A DNA stretch of 64,000 bases from Minisyncoccota bacterium. GTDB lineage: Bacteria; Patescibacteriota; Minisyncoccia; UBA6257; 2-01-FULL-56-20. A model generated the notes under the pieces. It did not search any database, was not told the origin of the DNA, and saw only the letters and a program-made list of their open reading frames with translations. The translations under genes and the position numbers were made by a program. Below are positions 37,909-47,358 of this stretch, one piece after another. The stretch spans positions 25,533 to 89,532 of the forward strand of contig JALHNY010000003.1 of assembly GCA_022843285.1 (NCBI GenBank), given 5' to 3'. The first letter of the stretch is position 1; the number at the start of each line of letters is the position of its first letter.

Positions 37909-39000
37909 TTACGCCTTCGGAGGTGCCGGAAGGTCGTCTATGGGGGTCGGAGCTCCAGCGTGGGTCGGCGCGGGCGCAGTCGGAGTTTCCGAGTAGTCCA
38001 CGTTCTTTGCGTCCGCTGGAATCGGAGCTTCGAGGACGTCAGTCGCGTGCTTGCGGTTGGCCCCAAACTTTGCGGAGTGCCACGGGGCAATCTTGCTGAT
38101 AATGCTGTCCACGAAGCCGGAAGGGGCTGCGTCAGGCTCTGGCTGCATCGGAACGGAGACCACCTCTGGAGAGGGCGTGACGGGCAGGTCCATTGCCGGC
38201 ATTGGGGTGGTCGCGAGCGGCACCGGGGCGGTCATCGAGAACGCCGGAGGGGCGACGTTCTGCGCGGAGTAGTCGATCTCCTGCAGCTGCGGCGTCTTCT
38301 TCTCCACGAAAATGGACTGGAACTTCGAGTCCAGGCTGGCCGCCGTGCCGAGGTCGATGCGGGCCGCCCTGCGGGGAGGGGCGGATGGCGTAACGCCAGG
38401 CGCAATGTTGCCGCTGCCCATGGGGCCGCCAATGCTCGCCGTTGCAGCAGATACCTGCTGCTGGTTTGCGAGGGCATCGCTGTGGAGCGGCAGGGGGGCC
38501 GGGGCAGCAGAGGTCGGCACGAACGCTGGCACCGAAGCCGTGCCGGCCACCGGGGCGGGCACGACCCGCTGCGGTGCCACGGGGGTGGAGCTCGGCATGC
38601 TCGCGGGTGCGCCGGAGATTGCAGATCCGCGAAGGTCGAGCTGGGGGCCGATGGGAACGGGCACCGTTTTCTTGGTTGCAGCGCCCAGCTCCTCTTCTCC
38701 GATGCCGAAGCGGACCAGGTCGTTGGCAATGGGGAGGAGAATTTTTAGCTTCACCTCTTCGTAGACAGAGCGAGCGAGGGCCGGCGTAATGCCGAGCTCA
38801 GTAGCGAGCCTGCCCTCAAATTCGGAGAGCTTGATGTCGCGCACCTCGAGAGCGAAGAGGAGCCTCGGGAGGGCAGTTTCAGTTTCCGGCAGTGAGAACT
38901 TCTGCTCGATGTCGACGATAGCCTGGTCAACGGCATCGCTCCAGAACCAATCCTGGATTGGCTGCGGTACTGCTCTCAGTTTTTCTTGTGCGGTGGCCAT
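37909..39000 (-). CDS. Hypothetical protein, helical N-terminal domain plus Pro/Ala-rich tail
   Basis: ORF within the T4SS-like cluster; TAAACT 6 nt before the ATG. Confidence 0.7.
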   Translation of the reverse strand: MATAQEKLRAVPQPIQDWFWSDAVDQAIVDIEQKFSLPETETALPRLLFALEVRDIKLSEFEGRLATELGITPALARSVYEEVKLKILLPIANDLVRFGIGEEELGAATKKTVPVPIGPQLDLRGSAISGAPASMPSSTPVAPQRVVPAPVAGTASVPAFVPTSAAPAPLPLHSDALANQQQVSAATASIGGPMGSGNIAPGVTPSAPPRRAARIDLGTAASLDSKFQSIFVEKKTPQLQEIDYSAQNVAPPAFSMTAPVPLATTPMPAMDLPVTPSPEVVSVPMQPEPDAAPSGFVDSIISKIAPWHSAKFGANRKHATDVLEAPIPADAKNVDYSETPTAPAPTHAGAPTPIDDLPAPPKA

Positions 39001-39009
39001 GGTTGCAGT

Positions 39010-41274
39010 TTAGCTAGTTCCCCAGAGCTGGTTAATCGCGTCCTGCTTCGTCTTCACCTCGCCCTTCGAGTCCACCGTCGACTGGAGCTTGGCGCGCGCC
39101 CTCTCGCGGCGGGTCTCGAAGTTGACGCTCTTCTCCAGCGTGTTGAGCATCGCCTTGATCTTCGTTTCGGTGGTGCGCTTGTGGTTCTTGAGGCCCTCAG
39201 CGTCGAGTTTGAGATCCTTGAAGTACGCTTCCCACTTCTTGTCGTCCCCGTTTGCCTTGTCCTCCTCAATCATCTTGCTGAGGAAGTCGAGCGTGCTGTC
39301 GATGTGGTCAATGGTGAGCGGGTTGATGTCACCAATTTTCTTGAGGGTGCCGGTGTTGATGGCGAGCGTGTTGAGCGCCTGCCCGAGCTGGACGCCGCCA
39401 TCGTCATCTTCCTTGGGGCCGAACATGGTGACCTCGTTGGCGATGTTGATGACGTTGTCTGGCTTGATGGCGCCGACGTAGCCCGCGATGGCTTCCTCCT
39501 TGGTGATGACGTCGCTGTCGTCTTTGGCGTCCTTGCGCTTCTTGAGCGGAGCAAACTCTGCCAGGCGAGGATCTGCCTCGAGGACGTCCTTGAGGTTGCC
39601 GGCGTCAGCCTGCCTCTTGAAGAGCTTCTCGAGCTTCTCCTTTTCGACCTGCTCAGCTTTTTTCTTCTTTTCAGGGTCTTCGGTCTCCCCCATCTCGCCC
39701 TTGCTGCGGGTCTTGGCTGCGGTTGAGATGCGCTCATCCATCTGCTTCTTGATGTCCCCGAGGCCCTTCTTGTCTTTGAGGAGCTCGAGAATGGCCGCCT
39801 CGCGGTCCGGGTTCGCAGCGAGCGAGCCACTGCTGAGGCGATCCAGCTCCTTGAGGAGGGCGTCCTTGGTGAGGCCGCCGAGGTCAGTCTTGTACCCCTT
39901 GATGCGCTCCTCGGGACCCTTGCGATCTACGACACCCGCTTTGGCAATGGCAGAGCCGGCCGCGCCCAGGCCGACCATGCGAGCGGCGCGGTTCCCCGAG
40001 GCGAGGGTGGAGAGTCGTGATCCGAAGCGCTGGAGCCTCGAGTTGCCGTCCGCATCCTTGCCCGAGCTGCGGGCACGATCGAGCGCGCGCAGGCCAGCGT
40101 TCTTGGAGCGTGTCGTGACCTGTCGCTTCACGGAGTTGCCCGCGGATTCCATTATTTTCACACCGGTGCCCGCTACGCCGATGCCCATTTTGTGCGCGAG
40201 GTAGAGGCCTCCCCACAGTGCGCCGCCGATGATGCCAGCGGTCATGATTTGATCCACCATCGGCTGCAGGAAGCTGCCCAGAATTCCAGAGAACGCGTTG
40301 AGCACGCCCTTGTTAGCAGATGCCGCTGTTCCCAGTCCGCCTGATGCGTTGATGCCACCAGAAGCGGCGAACACGTCGGCAATGCGGAGACCCAGGTACA
40401 GGAAGAACAGGGCTACCGGGCCGAAGAAGGTCCACTTGATGAACAGGTTCATCCACTTGGATACGTACGACTGGGAGAACGGGAAGATCCAAGCGACCCA
40501 GACACCGGGGAGCATGACCAGCAGCAGTCCTAACCAGATGTACCTCAAGAAGAAAGCTACGATCATCACCCCGAGGAACAGGAGCACCTGGAAAATGAGG
40601 GCAACCGTGATGAAGACGCTGACAATCATCGCGTACATCTGGCCAGCGTTGGCAGCGGCATCGCCAAACTGCTTAGCCCACTCGTCCTTCGGGTCACCCT
40701 TGATGAAACCCTGCTGCGGCTGCGTTGCCGTTGCGAGCCTGTCGGCAAACTCAAAGAACTGGGTGTTGCCGTCTCCGGTGGGCACGGACGCGTTCAGGAA
40801 GAACATGGATAGCTGATCTGAGAACGACAGGGCGGTACCAGCGAGAACCAAGCTGAAGTTCACGCCAACCGCGGCGATGACAATCTTGAGGAGCAGCTGC
40901 CTGACGCCGTACGTGTTCCAGCGGACAATCGTGGCAACAGCCATCGTGATGACGGCAGCGACGAAGAGGATGTTGGCGAATGCCAGGACAATAGAGAAGC
41001 CAACCGATACCGTCGGTGAGTTAACAATGTCGAGGTTGAGCCGCATGACGACGCCCAGGAAGAAAGCCTCGATTGCAATGAAGAGCGCTCCAATTGAAGC
41101 AATGGCCCACGAAATTGCGTACGTCGCGTAGAGGAAGGCACTGAAGATGCCACCCTTGACCGACTCGAAGAGGTCAAAGATGGACCAAGCAGCGTGAGCC
41201 TGCTCGGGAACGAGCAGGAGCAGCGCGCCCAGTGCCGCAGCAGTGCCGAAGCCAAGGATCCTCGCTCTATTCAT
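39010..41274 (-). CDS. VirB6/TrbL-like polytopic membrane protein with large C-terminal tail
   Basis: Signal peptide (AHA|A); FANILF...VNFS...LRYIWL...P...WMNLF; many TMs. Confidence 0.75.
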   Translation of the reverse strand: MNRARILGFGTAAALGALLLLVPEQAHAAWSIFDLFESVKGGIFSAFLYATYAISWAIASIGALFIAIEAFFLGVVMRLNLDIVNSPTVSVGFSIVLAFANILFVAAVITMAVATIVRWNTYGVRQLLLKIVIAAVGVNFSLVLAGTALSFSDQLSMFFLNASVPTGDGNTQFFEFADRLATATQPQQGFIKGDPKDEWAKQFGDAAANAGQMYAMIVSVFITVALIFQVLLFLGVMIVAFFLRYIWLGLLLVMLPGVWVAWIFPFSQSYVSKWMNLFIKWTFFGPVALFFLYLGLRIADVFAASGGINASGGLGTAASANKGVLNAFSGILGSFLQPMVDQIMTAGIIGGALWGGLYLAHKMGIGVAGTGVKIMESAGNSVKRQVTTRSKNAGLRALDRARSSGKDADGNSRLQRFGSRLSTLASGNRAARMVGLGAAGSAIAKAGVVDRKGPEERIKGYKTDLGGLTKDALLKELDRLSSGSLAANPDREAAILELLKDKKGLGDIKKQMDERISTAAKTRSKGEMGETEDPEKKKKAEQVEKEKLEKLFKRQADAGNLKDVLEADPRLAEFAPLKKRKDAKDDSDVITKEEAIAGYVGAIKPDNVINIANEVTMFGPKEDDDGGVQLGQALNTLAINTGTLKKIGDINPLTIDHIDSTLDFLSKMIEEDKANGDDKKWEAYFKDLKLDAEGLKNHKRTTETKIKAMLNTLEKSVNFETRRERARAKLQSTVDSKGEVKTKQDAINQLWGTS

Positions 41275-43639
41275 CGAGGGTGGGCAGCGGGATGTTGCAG
41301 GCTCGGTCGCGCAGGTTCTCCTGTGCGGCATCGCGGAGGCCATCAATCTGAGCGACGCGAATGGCAACGCGTGTCAGTACCGAGGCCATGCTCGAGTTGA
41401 TGACGTCCGCCTCGTTCATGTACGTGGCAATGCCCATGGCGGATGTGGAGCTGGCGACGTTGGAGCGGAGTGTGGCCAGCGTCCTCCCCGTGCGGGAGAG
41501 CTCAGTGCGGTCAGTTTCGTTGGTCGGTGCGATCCGATCAATTGCGCCAATGCGCTGGTTCGCGTCCGAGGCGTAGGCGGTGCAGGTGAGGGCCACCGAG
41601 CGCAGCACCGGAACGGTCGAAGACGCCGTGGTGGGCCAGGTTGCCGCAGAGCTCGATGCTTGGTTGATGCGGCTTTCGAGGCTGCCAATGAGCTGGAGAG
41701 CCTGGCTCCTCAGTCCATCGATGTCGGGGTCAGGGTCCCCGCTGCCCGGGAGCGTGCTGGTGCCCGTCGTGCTCGTCGTGCTGGGACCCGGGCCACCGCC
41801 GTCTCCGTTGAACAGGCCCAAGATGCCACGCTCGGCCATGCCGACCAGGCGGGTGATGGCGGCATCAATGAGGACGCCAATGAGCCCCGCCAGATCTTCT
41901 GCGTTGACGATGTTGTCGAGGGAAGCGCCGAGAGCTTTCTCGACCTGGCCAGCCACAGCGCCACCTGGAGTGGTCTGCTGCATGCCACCGGGGCGACAGA
42001 CTTTCACCTCGCAGTACCTGCCCGGTGGCAGTGAAGAGGGAACCGTAGTCGTGCCGCGCGTGATGGTGCTGACCGAGAAGCAGCCGCGTGGACCTATGCC
42101 GACGACGCCCGAACTGCTGGATTGGTTCATGGTTTGGTACTGACCCTCCGTCATGATCTCGAGGTCGTAGCTCACGCACCGCTCCATCCCCTTGTACCCC
42201 TGGTTGGCGGCAGCATTTTGGCTCGCGGCCTCAGCGCTAGCCTGGGACTGTCGGGCAATTTGCTCGTTGGCTAGGATGACAGCTCCGAAGACGTTGTTCT
42301 CGGGGAGGACGGAGCTCAGGAAGCCTGCCCAGCCGCCCGCGCGGAAATCGTCATAGAAGGCGCGGATGTTCTGCACAACCTGATCTAGGGTGCAGGTAAT
42401 CGGGGTTTGGCGCGTTTCGGGTATGAAGGCGCGAGCTCCTCCCGAGGCGAACGTTGAGAAGTTGGTACACAATTGGGGCGCAATCATGGTGAGGGCTTGG
42501 TTGGCAGCCCCCACGCCAGCATCCGTCAGGAACTTCTTCCAGTTCGTGATGAACTGGGGCTTGCCGCCGCCCTGGACCCACTTGATGGTCTGCTGAATCA
42601 TGCGGCCCACAATCTGGTTCTTGAGGATTTGGGTCGCAATTTTTCTGGCCCACTCCACGAGCGTCTGCGTCCAGGTACCGGCAATGCCAACGCCGTTGAA
42701 GATGCTGACGATGATGTGCTTGATGTCCGTGAAAACGAACGCGTGAGCGGAGGAAACGCCGAGCATCGACGCAATCATGAAAGGCTCGCGCGCTTGCGCG
42801 AACATCTCGGGAGCCTTCTCCTCGAACTGCGTTACCGCAAGGTGTACCCGAGCTTCCTCCTGTGCCCGCAGCTCGGGGAACTTTGCGGTGAAGACCACCG
42901 CCTTGAGCGGATCGGTCGCGTAGTTGATGTCGCTGAGCTGCCGGTTGAGCTCGAGGTACGTGAGGAGTGAGCGGTGCATGTCCGCTGCTGGCTCCGGGAC
43001 GGTCGCATTGTAGAGTGCCTCCTGCGCATCGGAAAAGATGAAGTTCGAAGCTTGCATGGAGGCTTCGGTCGGCTCTCCGTAGGAAGCGCGAGCCATCAGG
43101 CCGGAGATGCCGCGATCGCTGTTGATCTTCGACATGGTTTGGTCGAGGGTCGTGAAGTACTCGTCGACCTGCGTCGTCGTGTAGTTGCGCACCACTTTCA
43201 CCCTGCCCTCATCGATGGCGTACGTCGTGGGGGCCATCGCCGCGTCGGTGACGTACTCGTCAACGAATGACTCGATGTCGATCGGGGGTGCGATGCCGTA
43301 CCCCTCTTCCGGCCCGTTCGGGTTCTGCTTCACGAACTCGTACGCCAGGCCCTTGGCGAGAGTATCCGTGTAGTTCTCCCGGGTTGTGATGGTCGGGGAG
43401 AACTCTTTCGCTAGGTCGTAGCCTTCCACGACGCGCCCGCCGGGGATTTCTTCAATGAGCGCCGTGTCTCCAATCTTGGGGACCTGCGACTCGGCATTTT
43501 TTTGCACCGTGCGCGCGATGAGGGCGTCCCCCTCGCTGCGCTGGCGTGCGAGGCTCGTGACAGCGAGCGTTGCAGAGCCAGCCAGAAGGGCGAGGACCAA
43601 GAAGGTCGTTACGAGCCGCCGGAGATCGTGACTCTGCAT
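41267..43639 (-). CDS. Large membrane/secreted protein of the T4SS-like cluster
   Basis: 790 aa; N-terminal TM, internal SSAHA motif, IKWVQGGGKPQFITNW segment and Cys pairs. Confidence 0.7.
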   Translation of the reverse strand: MQSHDLRRLVTTFLVLALLAGSATLAVTSLARQRSEGDALIARTVQKNAESQVPKIGDTALIEEIPGGRVVEGYDLAKEFSPTITTRENYTDTLAKGLAYEFVKQNPNGPEEGYGIAPPIDIESFVDEYVTDAAMAPTTYAIDEGRVKVVRNYTTTQVDEYFTTLDQTMSKINSDRGISGLMARASYGEPTEASMQASNFIFSDAQEALYNATVPEPAADMHRSLLTYLELNRQLSDINYATDPLKAVVFTAKFPELRAQEEARVHLAVTQFEEKAPEMFAQAREPFMIASMLGVSSAHAFVFTDIKHIIVSIFNGVGIAGTWTQTLVEWARKIATQILKNQIVGRMIQQTIKWVQGGGKPQFITNWKKFLTDAGVGAANQALTMIAPQLCTNFSTFASGGARAFIPETRQTPITCTLDQVVQNIRAFYDDFRAGGWAGFLSSVLPENNVFGAVILANEQIARQSQASAEAASQNAAANQGYKGMERCVSYDLEIMTEGQYQTMNQSSSSGVVGIGPRGCFSVSTITRGTTTVPSSLPPGRYCEVKVCRPGGMQQTTPGGAVAGQVEKALGASLDNIVNAEDLAGLIGVLIDAAITRLVGMAERGILGLFNGDGGGPGPSTTSTTGTSTLPGSGDPDPDIDGLRSQALQLIGSLESRINQASSSAATWPTTASSTVPVLRSVALTCTAYASDANQRIGAIDRIAPTNETDRTELSRTGRTLATLRSNVASSTSAMGIATYMNEADVINSSMASVLTRVAIRVAQIDGLRDAAQENLRDRACNIPLPTLDE

Positions 43640-43679
43640 AATCTGCTTAATTGTACGGCAGTGAGCTCTGCCAGCACAA

Positions 43680-44465
43680 TCAAGCTTTTCCAGAGTAGGT
43701 CAGAATTGCCGCGAGCTTCGCAATCAATTCCACCGAGAGGTCCTGCGGCCTGGCGTTAGTGGGGAGGCCCACCTGTTCGAGCGCAGCAGTGACGGCAGCT
43801 TTCTCGGTGCCGTCCCCCGTCAGGTTGTTGGCTAGCACTTTCCGGGGCTGCGTGAAGGCGCGGCGCGCCAAATCTTCGTAGGCGGCTCTGTTCTCCACCG
43901 GATGTTCTCTCCTTATAAAGGAGAGAACAGCAGAATCTACCCTGGGAGGAGGGCTGAAAGCCGTTTTGGGGACCAGGGTCACGATCTCGGGCGTCGCCCA
44001 GGCGCCCACAAAAGCGGCGAGCTTGGTGAAAGATCCAGGACCAGCTGCAATGCGCTCGGCGACTTCCTTCTGCATGAGCAGGGCTGCCCGTCGGGGCGGG
44101 TTAGCCAGTTCTCCCATCTGGCGCACCAGAAAGCTCGTCAGGTAGTACGGAATGTTGCCGGCCAGCTTCCAGTCCCCTTCGAGGGAGTCCGCCACCGATC
44201 CCAGGACCTCGCGGATGTCCCCGTGCACCACCTCGAGGCTGGGGTTCTTCTCCTTATTATTGTGAACCAAACCCGCGGCGAGCTTCACGTCACGTTCAAT
44301 CGCGATAATGCGATGGTGAGGCTCGGCGAGGATGTGGCGCGTGAGCTCGCCGTGGCCAGGTCCGACTTCGACGACCGTGTCGCTCTCACCGAGCTGGAGC
44401 GCACGAACGAGAGCCCGCGCGGGGCCCGGGGTTTTCAGGAAGTGCTGTCCCAGGGGTTGCCTCAT
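43680..44465 (-). CDS. rsmA: 16S rRNA adenine dimethyltransferase RsmA/KsgA
   Basis: LGQHFL, VEVGPGHGELT, NIPYY, QKEVAERI, FSPPPRVDSAV. Confidence 0.95.
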   Translation of the reverse strand: MRQPLGQHFLKTPGPARALVRALQLGESDTVVEVGPGHGELTRHILAEPHHRIIAIERDVKLAAGLVHNNKEKNPSLEVVHGDIREVLGSVADSLEGDWKLAGNIPYYLTSFLVRQMGELANPPRRAALLMQKEVAERIAAGPGSFTKLAAFVGAWATPEIVTLVPKTAFSPPPRVDSAVLSFIRREHPVENRAAYEDLARRAFTQPRKVLANNLTGDGTEKAAVTAALEQVGLPTNARPQDLSVELIAKLAAILTYSGKA

Positions 44466-44467
44466 GG

Positions 44468-46246
44468 TTACCACAATACGTCTATGTACCGCTCTTCGTC
44501 ATCCAGGTCGAGCCTGCGGCTCCCCCGCTGCCCCGCGGTGACCGTGTACTGTTCGGGAATTTCCAGAATGAATCTGCTCGGAACGTGCACGAAGCTGATG
44601 GATAGGTCCTGGCGCGCCCGGGTCATTGCCACGTAGAAGAGGCGGCGCTCCTCTTCAAGCTCCGCCTCAGATCCCAGAGAGCGGCTGTGCGGCATGGTCC
44701 CCTCGCTCGCTCCGGCAATGTGGACGCGATCAAATTCCAGACCCTTAGCCATGTGCGCGGTCATCAGGGTAATGCCGGCAGCCGAGTTGCCTCCCGATCG
44801 GGTGTCCGTGGACTGCACCAGTGAGACGTGCTCGAGAAAGTCCGTGATGGTCTCAAAGGTTGCTGCGAAGTTGCGCAGCTCAGAGACGTTTGCGATGCGG
44901 TCCTCGGCGTTGTCGAACGTGTCCTCCAGGTGCGCCGCGTAGTGGCTCGCCGAGAGGAACACGTCGATGGCCCTCGTGGGCGTGGGGCTATCGAGCTCGA
45001 GCAGCGCTTCGAGGATGGGCGTACCCCGCTTCTTTTTGAACGTTTTCAGAATGCGCTCCGCGCCGAGAGCGTCATGGTGGTTGGCGGCCAGGCGCACGGC
45101 AGCGAGCACGTCCCGAATTTCTAGGCGGTCGTAGAACTGGACGCCGCCGTAGACGTGGTACGGAACCCGTGCCCGCACGAGGGCGTGCTCGAGGGCGCGA
45201 GCCTGCGCGTTGGTCCTGTAGAGAATAGCCGCTGAGCCTTTGCCAGATTGCACGTACGCTCCCAGCTGCTGTGCAATCCAGGCAGCCTCGTCGAGCTCCG
45301 TGTAGAACTCCGCAACGGTGATGGGGTTCCCCTCCTCCTTGTTGGCGCTCAGCTTTTTCTCTATCTGGTTCCGGTTGTTGGCAATGACGGCGTTGCTGGC
45401 CTCAATGATCGTTTTCGTGGAGCGGTAGTTTTCTTCGAGGCGGATGACGCGAGCCTGGGGCCAGTCCTTCTCGAACGCGAGGAAGATGTCGATGTTGGAT
45501 CCCCGCCAGCTGTAGATGGTCTGGTGGTCGTCTCCCACGACGGTGAGGTGGCTGCGCTCACCGACCAGCGCTCTCACCAGGCGGTACTGAGCCGCGTTGA
45601 TGTCCTGGTACTCATCGATGAGCACGTACCCAATCTCGTTCTGGTAGCGCTCGCGCAGCTGCGGGTGCTCTTCGAGCAGCTGCGCCGGTTTGATGATGAG
45701 GTCGTCAAAGTCGAAAGCGTTGTTCGTCGCGAGTGCCTCTTCGTACGCGCCGAAAGCAGAGACAGTCGCCGCAGCGAGCGGAGACGGATTGCCCGCGAGG
45801 TTCTCAAGTTGCTCCATGCCATTTTTGATGGCGCTGATTTTGTTTCGTAGCGTCGCAGCGGTGACCTTGCCCGGGAGCGTTTTAGCGATGCGACGCAGGA
45901 GCGTCATCGTGTCACCGTCGTCGTAGATGGTGAAGTCACGGGTGCGCGTGCCGAGCAGCGGTGCGTGCTTGCGGAGAAAGCGGGCTCCGAAACTGTGAAA
46001 CGTCCCAATCCAGGGAGCGACTTCCCCGCCAGCGTGCACCGTGCGCTCGCGCATTTCTTTTGCGGCCTTGTTCGTGAAGGTGACGGCAAGGATGCTCCGA
46101 GGATCGACGCCGAGGTCAATGAGGTGGCGGATGCGTTCCGTGAGGGTGCGAGTTTTTCCGGTTCCTGCGCCCGCGACGATGAGCAGCGGTTCAGCTCCTG
46201 CTTCTACTGCGGAGCGCTGCGCGGGGTTGAGGGGTGCTGGTGTCAT
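44468..46246 (-). CDS. UvrD/PcrA family helicase
   Basis: AGAGTGKT, TFTNKAA, DEYQD, VGDDHQTIYSWRG, NYRS, HMAKGLEF, EERRLFYVAMTRA. Confidence 0.95.
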   Translation of the reverse strand: MTPAPLNPAQRSAVEAGAEPLLIVAGAGTGKTRTLTERIRHLIDLGVDPRSILAVTFTNKAAKEMRERTVHAGGEVAPWIGTFHSFGARFLRKHAPLLGTRTRDFTIYDDGDTMTLLRRIAKTLPGKVTAATLRNKISAIKNGMEQLENLAGNPSPLAAATVSAFGAYEEALATNNAFDFDDLIIKPAQLLEEHPQLRERYQNEIGYVLIDEYQDINAAQYRLVRALVGERSHLTVVGDDHQTIYSWRGSNIDIFLAFEKDWPQARVIRLEENYRSTKTIIEASNAVIANNRNQIEKKLSANKEEGNPITVAEFYTELDEAAWIAQQLGAYVQSGKGSAAILYRTNAQARALEHALVRARVPYHVYGGVQFYDRLEIRDVLAAVRLAANHHDALGAERILKTFKKKRGTPILEALLELDSPTPTRAIDVFLSASHYAAHLEDTFDNAEDRIANVSELRNFAATFETITDFLEHVSLVQSTDTRSGGNSAAGITLMTAHMAKGLEFDRVHIAGASEGTMPHSRSLGSEAELEEERRLFYVAMTRARQDLSISFVHVPSRFILEIPEQYTVTAGQRGSRRLDLDDEERYIDVLW

Positions 46247-46285
46247 GCTTGCACTCAGGCTTGGTGCTGGTAACCTTAAATTCTC

Positions 46286-46873
46286 GTGCTGACCCAGACT
46301 AGCACCCCGGTTCCGATACGCCTAGCAAGGCGAATCATTCTAGGAACGACAATTGCGGGCTTTGTGTACGCCGCGGCCGCCTCTATATATACCGGTATCG
46401 AATTTGGGGTGCAGCAGGGCGTGGACACGGCTCTCTGGCGCCTTGCCAGTGTGGCCGTGCCGCCAAAGGTGCAGGCGCTCGAGCCCACCCCTAAAAAGCT
46501 AGCGTCAAAAGAACCCGTGGCTCCGGCCCCGAGCACTGCCCTCATCAGGCCCGCGAAGGGCATCGATTGGGGCATCATCCACGGAAACAATGGCGTGGAT
46601 ATCGCCAACAAGTGTGGCACCCCCATCGTCGCCGCCGCGAGCGGGACGGTTACTGAGGTGGGATCAGGTTGGAACGGGGGCTACGGAAACGCAATCCGAA
46701 TCAAGCACAAGAAGACGAGCACGTACTACGCCCACCTCTCAGAGATGCACGTGTCCGTGGGGGACGTCGTGGAGCAGGGCGAGGTCATCGGCCTCATGGG
46801 TATTACCGGCAAATCCACTGGATGCCACCTGCATTTCGAGGTACGCGGAGGCAGCAATCCATTCGGCAACTAG
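46286..46873 (+). CDS. M23 family metallopeptidase with N-terminal TM
   Basis: HGNNGVD, YAHL, GKSTGCHLHFEV. Confidence 0.85.
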   Translation: MLTQTSTPVPIRLARRIILGTTIAGFVYAAAASIYTGIEFGVQQGVDTALWRLASVAVPPKVQALEPTPKKLASKEPVAPAPSTALIRPAKGIDWGIIHGNNGVDIANKCGTPIVAAASGTVTEVGSGWNGGYGNAIRIKHKKTSTYYAHLSEMHVSVGDVVEQGEVIGLMGITGKSTGCHLHFEVRGGSNPFGN

Positions 46874-46887
46874 TTTTTATTTTTTCT

Positions 46888-47219
46888 TAATATGTCGCAA
46901 AATATTGATAAACATGTTTATCAGAGGGTAAATGTTTGTCGACAAACATTTATGTGCAATTTGGTAAAAAGTGTTTAGCGCTAAACACTTTTGTTTCTAA
47001 AATCCGGTAATTTTTGATAAAACACCCTGACAAACATGTTTGTCAGGGTGTTCGATGTTTAGCGCTAAACAAAAATGCTGTTTTTAGATCTAAATTAGGG
47101 AAAAATGTTTAGCGCTAAACAAAATTTCGCAAACAAAGTGTTTAGCGCTAAACAAGTATTTACTGATAAACATGTTTGTCAGGGATTAATAATATGTCGC
47201 GAAATATTGTTTATCAGGG
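46888..47219. repeat. AT-rich array of palindromes (parS-like) bracketed by a 20 bp direct repeat
   Basis: TGTTTAGCGCTAAACA x4, TGTTTGTCGACAAACA x1, TGAYAAACATGTTTRTCA x3; TAATATGTCGCRAAATATTG at 46888 and 47190. Confidence 0.9.
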
Positions 47220-47358
47220 AAAATGAAATATTTACAGCTGAATTGCCGTAATAAAGGTACCTAGAGAGGGTTTGCCGGATTGCCAAGGTGTCCGCCCCTT
47301 GGCAATAATTCGTGCGTACAAAACTAAATAGGTACAACTCAATAACAACTTAATAGAC

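Noticed and set aside
31354-43639. Integrative conjugative element
   Set aside because: No relaxase, coupling protein, integrase or boundary repeats; flanked seamlessly by rsmA and jag.
46888-47219. CRISPR array interpretation of the palindrome cluster
   Set aside because: Repeats are 16-18 bp of two types, spacing is irregular, the intervening DNA is low-complexity AT sequence, and no cas genes are present.
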